28,041 nt of DNA, taken from contig NC_000909.1 in NCBI RefSeq assembly GCF_000091665.1, forward strand, positions 325,539-353,579. Reading direction: 5' to 3'. The notes below the pieces were generated by a model. It made no database searches. It saw only the letters and a program-made list of their open reading frames with translations, and was not told where the DNA came from. The DNA comes from Methanocaldococcus jannaschii DSM 2661 (GTDB taxonomy: Archaea; AGJL01; Methanococci; Methanococcales; Methanocaldococcaceae). Positions 19,988 to 28,041 of this stretch are shown in pieces (positions within the stretch are counted from its first letter, which is position 1; the number at the start of each line of letters is the position of its first letter). The translations under genes and the position numbers were made by a program.

Positions 19988-20013
19988 TATATTTTACTTC
20001 GAAGTAATATATA
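19988..20013. promoter_or_regulatory. 26-bp near-perfect palindrome centred on TACTTCGAAGTA in the csa3/csa5 divergent promoter; candidate Csa3 operator
   Basis: TATATTTTACTTC (19988-20000) versus GAAGTAATATATA (20001-20013): one mismatch between arms, with TATA-like sequence on both flanks. Additional TACTTC copies at 19975-19980 and 20025-20030. Confidence 0.55.
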
Positions 20014-20079
20014 AATACTTTGTATACTTCTACGAAATTCCTTAGTAAAGTTTATATTTTCCCATATTAATATTATGTA

Positions 20080-20436
20080 GTGTCAATAGATGAGGTGATA
20101 AAGTTGGAGAATTGGATGAAAAATATTGGAAGATATCTTAGCTACCTTATAAGCGATAAGTTTGAGGAATATGCTTATGACATCATTGATGGAGTAGCTA
20201 AAGCAAGAAATGCAAATGAACTTTTAGAAGCGTTATATAAAGGATTAAGATTGTCCCCAAAACTAAAAAAGAAAGGAAATATTGAAGTCCCATCTCCAGA
20301 GGACGTAAAAAAGTTGGAAGAAACTTTGAGAGAAATCGGAGATAATGAAAAGGAAGTTAGAAAAATTGGATTAAGCATGGCACTCTGGGCTTTTGCAGAC
20401 TGGGAAAAAGACCACAGAAAAAGAGGTGATCAGTAA
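20080..20436 (+). CDS. csa5: Csa5 (Cas11-type small subunit, type I-A); GTG start
   Basis: 118-aa helical protein at the position of the I-A small subunit, immediately upstream of and overlapping (TAATG) cas7. The call is mostly positional. Confidence 0.6.
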   Translation: MSIDEVIKLENWMKNIGRYLSYLISDKFEEYAYDIIDGVAKARNANELLEALYKGLRLSPKLKKKGNIEVPSPEDVKKLEETLREIGDNEKEVRKIGLSMALWAFADWEKDHRKRGDQ

Positions 20437-21398
20437 TGTTCTTGAGAATCTCAGGAAGAGTTAGGTTGAATTCCCATTCTTTAAATGCCCAAGGTGGGGG
20501 AGGAACAAATTATGTGGAGATAACAAAAGCTAAGGTTAGCATAAAGAATGATGATAGATGGGAAATCCTTGAAGTGCCAGCAATTTCTGGAAATATGGTT
20601 AAGCATTGGCATTTTGTAAGCTTTGTTGATTTCTTTAGAGAGACAGATTACAAAGATAATTTAACAGAAAGGGCTTTGAGATATAATGGGGCAAGGTTTG
20701 GACAGGAAACTAAAGCCAAAAAAGCTGATGGTTCTGAAGTTGAATTGAAGGATGAAAGTGAAATCATTAAAAACTTTGCTGATGCAGATGTTCATGGATT
20801 TCTAGCTCCAAAAACTGGAGTTAGAAGAGTTTCTCTTGTAAAAACCTCATTTATACTCCCAACAGAAGATTTCATAAAAGAAGTAGATGAAAGGCTCGTT
20901 TATGCTGTAAAGCATAATAGAGTTGATATTGATGAAAAAGGAGCAATAAAATCTGGAGAAGAACAAACTGCCCAAATGTTATTTAATAGAGAGTATGCAA
21001 CTGGGCTGTATGGATTTGAAATCATATTAGATTTGGGATTTGTTGGAGTTCCTCAATCATCTCCATCAAATCCAGTTATTGAAGATGATGAAAGAAAAGC
21101 AAGAATAGTATCGGCATTAAAAGCTTTGATTCCAATGCTAAGTGGTTATATTGGAGCAAATTTAGCCAGGTCATTCCCAGTATTTAAACTTGAAGAAATG
21201 ATAGCGGTTGTTAGTGAAAAACCAATACCTGCCTTAGTTCATGGATTCTATGAGGATTATGTAGAAGTAAGCAAAAACGTTGTAGAAAATGCAAAGAAAC
21301 TTGGATTTGAGATTGAGGATTTCGGATACAATGTAGATTTTGGTGAGAGCGTTTCATCAGTTGAAGAGCTAATCTCAAAAATAATAGAGAAATTATAA
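20436..21398 (+). CDS. cas7: Cas7 (Csa2) backbone subunit, type I-A
   Basis: N-terminal GRVRLNSHSLNAQGGGGTNY and ISGNMVKHWH are typical of the Csa2/Cas7 family. Confidence 0.88.
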   Translation: MFLRISGRVRLNSHSLNAQGGGGTNYVEITKAKVSIKNDDRWEILEVPAISGNMVKHWHFVSFVDFFRETDYKDNLTERALRYNGARFGQETKAKKADGSEVELKDESEIIKNFADADVHGFLAPKTGVRRVSLVKTSFILPTEDFIKEVDERLVYAVKHNRVDIDEKGAIKSGEEQTAQMLFNREYATGLYGFEIILDLGFVGVPQSSPSNPVIEDDERKARIVSALKALIPMLSGYIGANLARSFPVFKLEEMIAVVSEKPIPALVHGFYEDYVEVSKNVVENAKKLGFEIEDFGYNVDFGESVSSVEELISKIIEKL

Positions 21399-21407
21399 AT
21401 TGAGGGG

Positions 21408-22145
21408 TTGATTATGGAGGCTTTAGTAGCTCTCCTCCGATTTCCATTCTATTCTTTTGGAAAACAGTCTTATCAAGTTAGACAATCTTTGCTATTACCA
21501 TCTCCATCAGCATTAAAAGGGGCATTAGCTAAGGGAATTATATTGCTTGGTGGAAAAAAAGGAAAGAGTTTAGATGAAATTGCTAAAAAAACTGTTGAAG
21601 AATTGGAAAATAAGCTCATCTATGTCGGAGCAAAGCCATACAAAAGTAGTATCATAAAAACCCCAATTCTACTAAAGAGACTTAGAAACTTAGAAGATCA
21701 AAAAAATCCAGAAAAAAGTGACGCAATGAGAAGAGAATATGTATTTGCAAGGGAGATTTTAGCTATTTATGTTTTTAGGAGAAAGTTGAGTGAAGAAGAA
21801 AAAGATCTAATGCTTAAGGCAGTTTATTTAATTGACCAGCTCGGAGATACTGAGTGTGTGGGAAATGTGATTAAAACTGAATGGGTTGAAGTAAAAGAAG
21901 AAAAAGCTCCTCTAAAAACCTATGTGAAGTTTAAAAAAGTATCAAAAATGAGCATAAATGGAGGTATTATTGAAAATATGCTTGAAACTCCAAATTTTGG
22001 AAATAAAGTAAAAGAAGAGCCGTATTTACTACCACTTATTGAAAAACGTTATAGAAGAAGCTCATATTACGTTGAATCAGATAGAATTTTTGACGGAAAT
22101 TACAAAATTATTGCCTTTGATGAGGTGATTGGGTTATGGATATAA
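21408..22145 (+). CDS. cas5: Cas5 (type I-A); likely start at the ATG at 21414 after RBS GAGGGG
   Basis: N-terminal Cas5 pattern LRFPFYSF...[17 protein letters not shown]. Confidence 0.8.
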
Positions 22146-23980
22146 TTAATTTTTTTAAACAAATTACAGATCATGAGCCTTATGATTATCAAATTAGGGC
22201 ATGGGAAAAGATTAATAAAATTATGGAACTTGGGGGGAGGGTAGTAATAGAGATACCAACTGCTGGTGGAAAAACAGAAGCAGCAATTATTCCCTACTTA
22301 TATCAATTCATCTCCAACGATTGGAAAGTTCCAAGATTAATCTATGTTCTTCCGACACGTTCACTTGTTGAAAAACAGGTAGAAAGAATCAGGAATTATA
22401 TTAAAAAAATTCTTGAAATAAAAGGATATTCAAAGGATAAAGTTGAGGAATTAGCTAAAAAAATAGTTCAAGTTGAGTATGGATTAGAGGAAACCCATGC
22501 TTTCTTAGGGTTTGTTGTTTTAACTACTTGGGATACATTTCTTTATGGGTTAGCAGCCCATAGGACTGTTGGAGATAGATTTACCTTCCCATGTGGGGCA
22601 ATTGCTCAAAGTTTAGTAGTTTTTGATGAAATACAGATGTATCAGGATGAAAGCCTTTACATGCCGAGATTGATTGGATTGGTAGTTAAAAGATTGGTAG
22701 AAGCTAACGTTCCATTAGTCTTTATGACAGCGACACTTCCAACAGAGCTTAAAAAAATACTTGGCATACACGATGAAGAACCAATAACCGTTAATCCAGA
22801 AGATACGAAAAAACCAGAGAGAGGAGAAGTAGTTGTTGAATTTAAGGAAAAATTAAGTGACGAAGAACTTAGTAATGAAATCAAAAAAGCAATAAATGAA
22901 GGAAAAAAGGTGTTGATAATAAAAAACACTGTAAACAGTGCCATAGAGGTTTATGAAAAAGTAAAGCAACTTGGAAATTCATTACTCCTACACTCAAGAT
23001 TTACAGTAGAAGATAGAGCAGAAAAAGAGAAAGACATTGATAAAGCCGAGATAATTGTTGCTACACAGGTGGTTGAAGCAGGTTTGGATTTGACAAATGT
23101 AGGGCTTGTAATAACTGATTTAGCTCCATTAGATGCATTAATACAAAGAATAGGAAGATGTGCAAGAAGAAAAGGAGAAAGAGGCAAAGTAATAGTTGTA
23201 TTGCCAAATTTTAATGAGAAAATAAATGAAGACCATAGGGAAAAAGTAATTTTAGGATTTAAAAATATCCCATTTGAAAATGCCTATGTAACACTGGTAA
23301 ATAACAAAGATTATGGGAGAGTTATTGAATTAACTATTGAAACAATTGAAGAGAAAAAAGGAAAGAGCAAAATCGTCCCTAAAAAGTTTTACATCGGTGA
23401 TTTGGGAAACAAGACAATAAGAAAGCTTATTGAAAATAACAAAATTCTGAAGAAAAAAGATCTATACTTTATTCCATATTCAACACAGCCCTATGATCCA
23501 TTAATTATGATAAAAAGCTTTGATGAAGTTGAAAGTGTTAGTGAATATTTATACGACATAATTAAAGCTCGTGAGGCTTTAGATAGGGTTTATAAGGAAT
23601 ATTATGAAAACAACATAGTCCCTAAAGACTATTACTCTGCCTACATATATTTCAGAGAGTTAAAACTCTTTTCTACACCTCCAGAATATGAACTCAAGGC
23701 AAGACCAGAAATGTTTGCAATATTGTATCCATTAGAAAATGCTGAAGAAAAAGTAAAAAATAAAGAAATAATTGAGTTTAATCCAAAATATGTTATTCGT
23801 GTGAGCTATAACTGGCTTAAAAACAAGTGGGAGAAGTTTGATAAAAAATTTGAGTTAATTAAAGAATACGATGAGAAAGGTTGGATATGTAGTCTTAAAA
23901 AAGCTGGAAAACTACAACCTTACAAAATCTACATAATTGATGACAAATATTACTCTAAAGAAACTGGGATAATAATTTAA
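22136..23980 (+). CDS. cas3': Cas3' helicase (stand-alone SF2 helicase)
   Basis: Walker A PTAGGKTE, a DEIQ box, and motif [13 protein letters not shown]. No HD domain. Confidence 0.9.
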
Positions 23981-23986
23981 CAAACT

Positions 23987-24721
23987 TTGATTTTGGGTGA
24001 GATTATGGAAGTTTTAGCCTTTAAAAATCAATCCCTTATTGATCATGTTAACGATATGGTCAAATATTGGGAGAGAATAAAATATAGATACTTAAAAACT
24101 ATAAAGAGAGCTTTAGAGGCTTTAAACATAAAGTTAGATATCGAAAAAGTTGATGAATTTATGAAGATTTTGATAAAACTTCACGATATTGGTAAAGCTT
24201 CAAAGATATATCAAAGAGCTATCATTAACGATCAAGAAAAACTCATGGGCTTTAGACATGAGCTTGTTAGTGCTTACTATACTTATCACATTCTCCTTAA
24301 AAAATTTGGTGATAAAAACCTTGCCTTCATTGGAGCTTTAACTGTAATGCTCCACCATGAGCCGATTATTATGGGTCAAATAAGAAATCTTAAAAAGAAA
24401 GAATTGACAGCTGAAGTCGTGCTTGATAAGCTAAAAAAGTTTGATGGAATGATTGAAGATTTTGAAGATCTTATTAAAAAGTTAATTGGATATTCAATAG
24501 GGGATATAATTAAAAATGATTCTAATAAGGACGATATTATCAGATTTGTTATCGAAATGAGTGTTAGAGCAAGACATACACCAAATTCAGAGAAGCTTAG
24601 ATTTATTGTTGGAACTCTGCTTTTACCTTTAGTCATGTGTGATTATAAAGGGGCTGAGAGTAGAGAAGGAAAAGCTCCAAAGTTTGCAGAAGTTTTGGAG
24701 GTTGAGAGTTATGTTATTTGA
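23987..24721 (+). CDS. cas3'': Cas3'' HD nuclease (stand-alone); likely start at the ATG at 24005
   Basis: Full HD motif set: LIDHV, LHDIGK, FRHE, MLHHEP, and a C-terminal MCDYKG. Confidence 0.9.
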   Translation: MILGEIMEVLAFKNQSLIDHVNDMVKYWERIKYRYLKTIKRALEALNIKLDIEKVDEFMKILIKLHDIGKASKIYQRAIINDQEKLMGFRHELVSAYYTYHILLKKFGDKNLAFIGALTVMLHHEPIIMGQIRNLKKKELTAEVVLDKLKKFDGMIEDFEDLIKKLIGYSIGDIIKNDSNKDDIIRFVIEMSVRARHTPNSEKLRFIVGTLLLPLVMCDYKGAESREGKAPKFAEVLEVESYVI

Positions 24722-25766
24722 GACACCAGGATATAATGAGATACTTGATTTATATATAGCTTATGGAGTAGTTGAGTGTTTAGTTAGAGAAGGCGTTGAA
24801 AATCTCAGATTTTTCCCAATTGGGAATAAATATTGTATTGTAGTTGAAGAACCTACTAATGTAAATATTAAAAATAGAATTGAAAAGGGAATGTTAAATG
24901 CATTGGAGGATATGCTTTCCCTGCATAAAGCTATTGGTAAGTATATTTCCACAAAGGAGGATATCAAAATTATAAGTGATGTTGATTTTAGTGCAGGTGC
25001 AAATATTAATAACGTTTATTGGGATGGAATTCCAAAAACTCTTGAAAAGATAAAAGAAAATATTAAAAAAGGAAAATTATCTACAAAGAGTAAAAATACA
25101 GTGCCACTTACTTTAATGCCAGCTGCTGGTAAATATATGCCAAAAATTTATGGTGTAAAAGGTGGAAATCCAATAAAAATAGATGATTCCAACTATGCCC
25201 TTGCCTGGATTGGTTTCCATTATTATGCTCCATACATAAATATATCAGACAATAGAGCAACATATATTCATATTTATGCCATAAAACCTCTTGAAGAATT
25301 AGGACTTATTGAAATCCTTGCTTTAAAAGATTTAAAAAAGAAAATTAACAACTATCAACTTGGAAAATATAAATTTTTTGTAAATAAAAAATTGGCACTG
25401 CTATATCATTTAACCCATACTGAATCAATAAGTGCCTTGGAAATAGTTACAAAAAAGAATTTTTCAGTTGTTAGTTACACTCTCGAGAATGTTGATAACA
25501 ATCAAGCAATACGATCTTTTGGAGAGTATGATTTATCAAAACTTATGGACTTTTTATGGTATTTAAAAGCTACTGATTTCTATAATACAATCCAGTTTGT
25601 AGATAACATACTTAGAGGTGATTTAGAAGTTTCCCTAACCTTCATAGATGGTATTCTTTATGATGACTTAGATGCAGTATATTCAGCTATAAGAAAGTTA
25701 AAAAGTGTAAGAATATCTCCTCTAATTATTCAGAGTATTTTGGAATGGTTTGGAAATTTTTATTAA
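24711..25766 (+). CDS. cas8a: Cas8a-type large subunit (Csa4/Cas8a2-like), type I-A
   Basis: Last gene of the interference operon, in large-subunit position. The start is chosen at the ATG at 24711 (RBS GGAGG upstream, 11-nt overlap with cas3''). The track ORF begins at 24639 inside cas3''. Confidence 0.65.
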   Translation: MLFETPGYNEILDLYIAYGVVECLVREGVENLRFFPIGNKYCIVVEEPTNVNIKNRIEKGMLNALEDMLSLHKAIGKYISTKEDIKIISDVDFSAGANINNVYWDGIPKTLEKIKENIKKGKLSTKSKNTVPLTLMPAAGKYMPKIYGVKGGNPIKIDDSNYALAWIGFHYYAPYINISDNRATYIHIYAIKPLEELGLIEILALKDLKKKINNYQLGKYKFFVNKKLALLYHLTHTESISALEIVTKKNFSVVSYTLENVDNNQAIRSFGEYDLSKLMDFLWYLKATDFYNTIQFVDNILRGDLEVSLTFIDGILYDDLDAVYSAIRKLKSVRISPLIIQSILEWFGNFY

Positions 25767-26107
25767 ATAATATCATCAATTGGATTCTTTTCTAAACCTA
25801 AAATCTCTCTTTTTGGCATAAAATTTAATGGAAATTGGTAGATAATTACTGAATCTTCATCTTCATCAATAATTCTCAAAATTCCATCTTTTATTCTTTC
25901 AAACTCTGCCTTTGTAACTTCTCCCTCAAAAACACTATTCTGAACCCAATTTAAGTGCTTTCTCAAAAAGCTTTTTATCTTATTTACTCTTGAAACATTC
26001 ACATCATAGACAATAATAACATACATACTCTCATCTTGAAGAAGGTTTCTTATATTTTTAATTTTCTTCAAGATTTTATTTACATAGTCCCATTCTTTTT
26101 TTAACAT
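25763..26107 (-). CDS. cas2: Cas2; the conserved core starts at Met28 (ATG at 26026), so the 27-aa N-terminal extension is uncertain
   Basis: MYVIIVYDVNVSRVNKIKSFLRKHLNWVQNSVFEGEV... is the canonical Cas2 ferredoxin-fold start. Confidence 0.88.
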   Translation of the reverse strand: MLKKEWDYVNKILKKIKNIRNLLQDESMYVIIVYDVNVSRVNKIKSFLRKHLNWVQNSVFEGEVTKAEFERIKDGILRIIDEDEDSVIIYQFPLNFMPKREILGLEKNPIDDII

Positions 26108-26124
26108 TGATTATCTTCTAATGA

Positions 26125-26930
26125 GTTTCCATTCCCTTCTCCCTATTCATCTGTTGTTTCCATTCCCTGAGGGATCTGATTTTACGGAGTTGAAGCTCAT
26201 AAAATTGTCCAAGATGTCGATTTATTTCCATTCCCCGAGGGATCTGATTTTACATTCAATAAAAAAAAATAAGATAAAAAATCTTATTTAAGATTTCCAT
26301 TCCCTGAGGGATCTGATTTTACGTCATCTTCTATTTGTTGTATGTATTTTAATACGGTATTTCCATTCCCCGAGGGATCTGATTTTACCATATTGCTCTT
26401 CCCCATCTGGTTCATCAGTGTAAGCATTATTTCCATTCCCCGAGGGATCTGATTTTACTATTTTTCCAATTGTTCAGGGGAAAGTCCTCCCTTCATTTCC
26501 ATTCCCCGAGGGATCTGATTTTACGTGGATTACCAGCTGATATGGGATTAGGTAGTGGATTATTTCCATTCCCCGAGGGATCTGATTTTACGATGAGAGA
26601 GTTATTTATGTAAGTGTTAAAGTTGTAGAAATTTCCATTCCCCGAGGGATCTGATTTTACATAATAATAGAGATAATACAGTTCCCAAAATGAATAAATT
26701 TCCATTCCCCGAGGGATCTGATTTTACTTAACTCAACTTTTATTGAAGTTATTTTTATGTTGATTTGTATTTCCATTCCCCGAGGGATCTGATTTTACAC
26801 AATAGAGGTAAAAGAGGTTATAGGGTAATATTTGATTTCCATTCCCCGAGGGATCTGATTTTACGATTTAATCTGAGTATTTTGTACATTTTGAGGAGCA
26901 ATTTCCATTCCCCGAGGGATCTGATTTTAC
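26125..26930 (-). CRISPR. CRISPR array: 12 intact 30-nt repeats, 11 spacers (36-41 nt) and a 12-nt repeat remnant at the cas2-proximal end
   Basis: Plus-strand repeat is ATTTCCATTCCCCGAGGGATCTGATTTTAC. Repeats start at 26156, 26224, 26293, 26359, 26429, 26495, 26562, 26631, 26698, 26769, 26835 and 26901. Variant repeats (26156, 26293) and the remnant (26125-26136) are at the left end. The minus-strand reading ends in ...ATGGAAAT, like the canonical archaeal ATTGAAA(G/C) 5'-handle source. Confidence 0.97.
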
Positions 26931-27304
26931 AGGGGGACTTTTTCAATATATTATACCTTAACTCTCCTGATATTTAAGCTTTTCTATACCATAATTTCTT
27001 AAGGATAAATAACCGTTTTGCAATATAAACCTTATGGTAGTTAAATTCTTATTTCTTTAATAAAAATAATCATTTTTATCACTTTAAATTTGAAAGTGTT
27101 TGTTATTTATTGGGGAAATCTTACTCCTAAATGTATTTAGCCCTTACTCCCAAAAACCTAAATAATTTAATACATCCAAATTAATAAAATGTTTAAAATA
27201 AGCCACCCTTAGAAATCAAATTTAAACTTCTATTAAATAAGTTAAGAAAAGAGTTAAAGAAATTAATTCCAAATATAAAATCTTTTAACGTGATACTATT
27301 CAAA
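26931..27304 (-). promoter_or_regulatory. CRISPR leader (AT-rich, ~370 bp)
   Basis: Non-coding AT-rich block next to the end of the array with perfectly conserved repeats, opposite the degenerate end. Confidence 0.7.
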
Positions 27305-27604
27305 TTACTTCTTTTCCTTTAGTTCGTCCAGTAAAGTATCGCACATTTTAATAATATCTCTCAACCCTTCCTTTAAAACTTCTAAAGGGTCTGTTCCCTC
27401 TTCAGTAATTATAGTTATCTTTGGGTTTGATATATACCTTCCAGTTTCTGGATGTAATAATGGATGGTCTATAGAGTAGGATGCCATCTTAACTCCTTCT
27501 TTTGTTAATAAAATGTCTTTTAATAGATTTGGTAATGAATGGTCTTCATTAATTAGTTCAATCTCTACCAAATTATCTTTCCTCTCCAATATCTTTATCT
27601 CCAT
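27305..27604 (-). CDS. rpoL: DNA-directed RNA polymerase subunit L (Rpo11)
   Basis: NEDHSLPNLLKD matches the EDHT(L/I)GNLL signature of RpoL/Rpb11. 99 aa. Confidence 0.9.
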   Translation of the reverse strand: MEIKILERKDNLVEIELINEDHSLPNLLKDILLTKEGVKMASYSIDHPLLHPETGRYISNPKITIITEEGTDPLEVLKEGLRDIIKMCDTLLDELKEKK

Positions 27605-28016
27605 CTTCTCCCTCCAATAAAGCTTTTTTAGCCAAGTTTATATCCTTATTTAAAACTATTCTACCTTCTTCCTCTCTAAAGAATCCTTTTTCTAAAGCTT
27701 CCTCAATAACATCATCAACTGGCTTTTTAGTAATGTATGAAACTAAAACTACTAAATTTTTAACGGGCTTTGACCCAAGATTTGAAAATCTTAACTCTTG
27801 AGATAATTCGTGGAGTTCTCCCAATATTTCATTGAATTTGTTAATATCTACATTTGTTTTTATAGCGTTTTCATCTTCCAAGTATATAACTTTATATCCT
27901 AAAGTTTTTAGTGCATCTATTATTAAGTTTTTATTAACTGGATATTTTAATTCAAATAATGGATATTTATACAACCCTTCATCATCTTTTTGATATTTTC
28001 TCTTGACTTTTTCCAT
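27573..28016 (-). CDS. Hypothetical conserved protein (147 aa)
   Basis: Long ORF with normal composition. Its 3' end overlaps the annotated rpoL start by 32 nt. No motif recognised. Confidence 0.5.
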   Translation of the reverse strand: MEKVKRKYQKDDEGLYKYPLFELKYPVNKNLIIDALKTLGYKVIYLEDENAIKTNVDINKFNEILGELHELSQELRFSNLGSKPVKNLVVLVSYITKKPVDDVIEEALEKGFFREEEGRIVLNKDINLAKKALLEGEDGDKDIGEER

Positions 28017-28041
28017 AACTTCCCTAATTGTTCTATAATTC

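Noticed and set aside
24639-24710. N-terminal 24-aa extension of the cas8a ORF (MIIKGLRVEKEKLQ...)
   Set aside because: It lies inside the cas3'' coding region. The ATG at 24711 has a GGAGG RBS and gives the compact overlap typical of this operon.
26493-26977. Track ORFs 26493-26705 (-) and 26765-26977 (+) with repeated SDPSGNGN / FHSPRDLIL peptides
   Set aside because: They are translations of the CRISPR repeats; the periodic peptide repeats are an artefact of the array.
27573-27604. 32-nt overlap between rpoL and the upstream hypothetical ORF, as possible programmed coupling
   Set aside because: It is most simply explained by ordinary gene overlap or start-codon choice in a compact genome. 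No slippery or structured element was seen.

Overview
Strongly AT-rich archaeal window. From memory, not a search, the FtsZ, SecE, Spt5, Top6A and Cas3'' HD proteins look like Methanocaldococcus jannaschii or a very close relative. There are three blocks. (1) 1-8948 is the visible part of an integrated mobile element. It ends on the right at a tyrosine integrase and an orphan 3' half of a class II tRNA; its left end is not in the window. It carries a divergent MCM helicase, an ASCH-like protein, a DEDDh exonuclease, small regulators, small secreted/membrane proteins and several repeat arrays. Its most unusual cargo is a tight three-gene minus-strand operon (1908->399): PARP-like ADP-ribosyltransferase, a 128-aa unknown, and a clear SecB-like chaperone. 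I interpret this as a candidate archaeal toxin-antitoxin-chaperone (TAC-like) module. (2) 9028-14332 is housekeeping: top6A, ftsZ-secE-spt5-rpl11 and a DedA/PAP2 fusion membrane protein. (3) 14379-27304 is a type I-A CRISPR-Cas locus: cas6, a fused cas3 with a damaged 5' end, cas4, cas1, csa3, then csa5-cas7-cas5-cas3'-cas3''-cas8a, and an inverted cas2. The array has 12 intact 30-nt repeats and is read on the minus strand from a ~370-bp leader. Oddities in the locus include a duplicated cas4 3' end around a GC-rich two-hairpin insert, and a TACTTCGAAGTA palindrome core found in the csa3/csa5 promoter and again upstream of cas1. rpoL and a hypothetical gene close the window.
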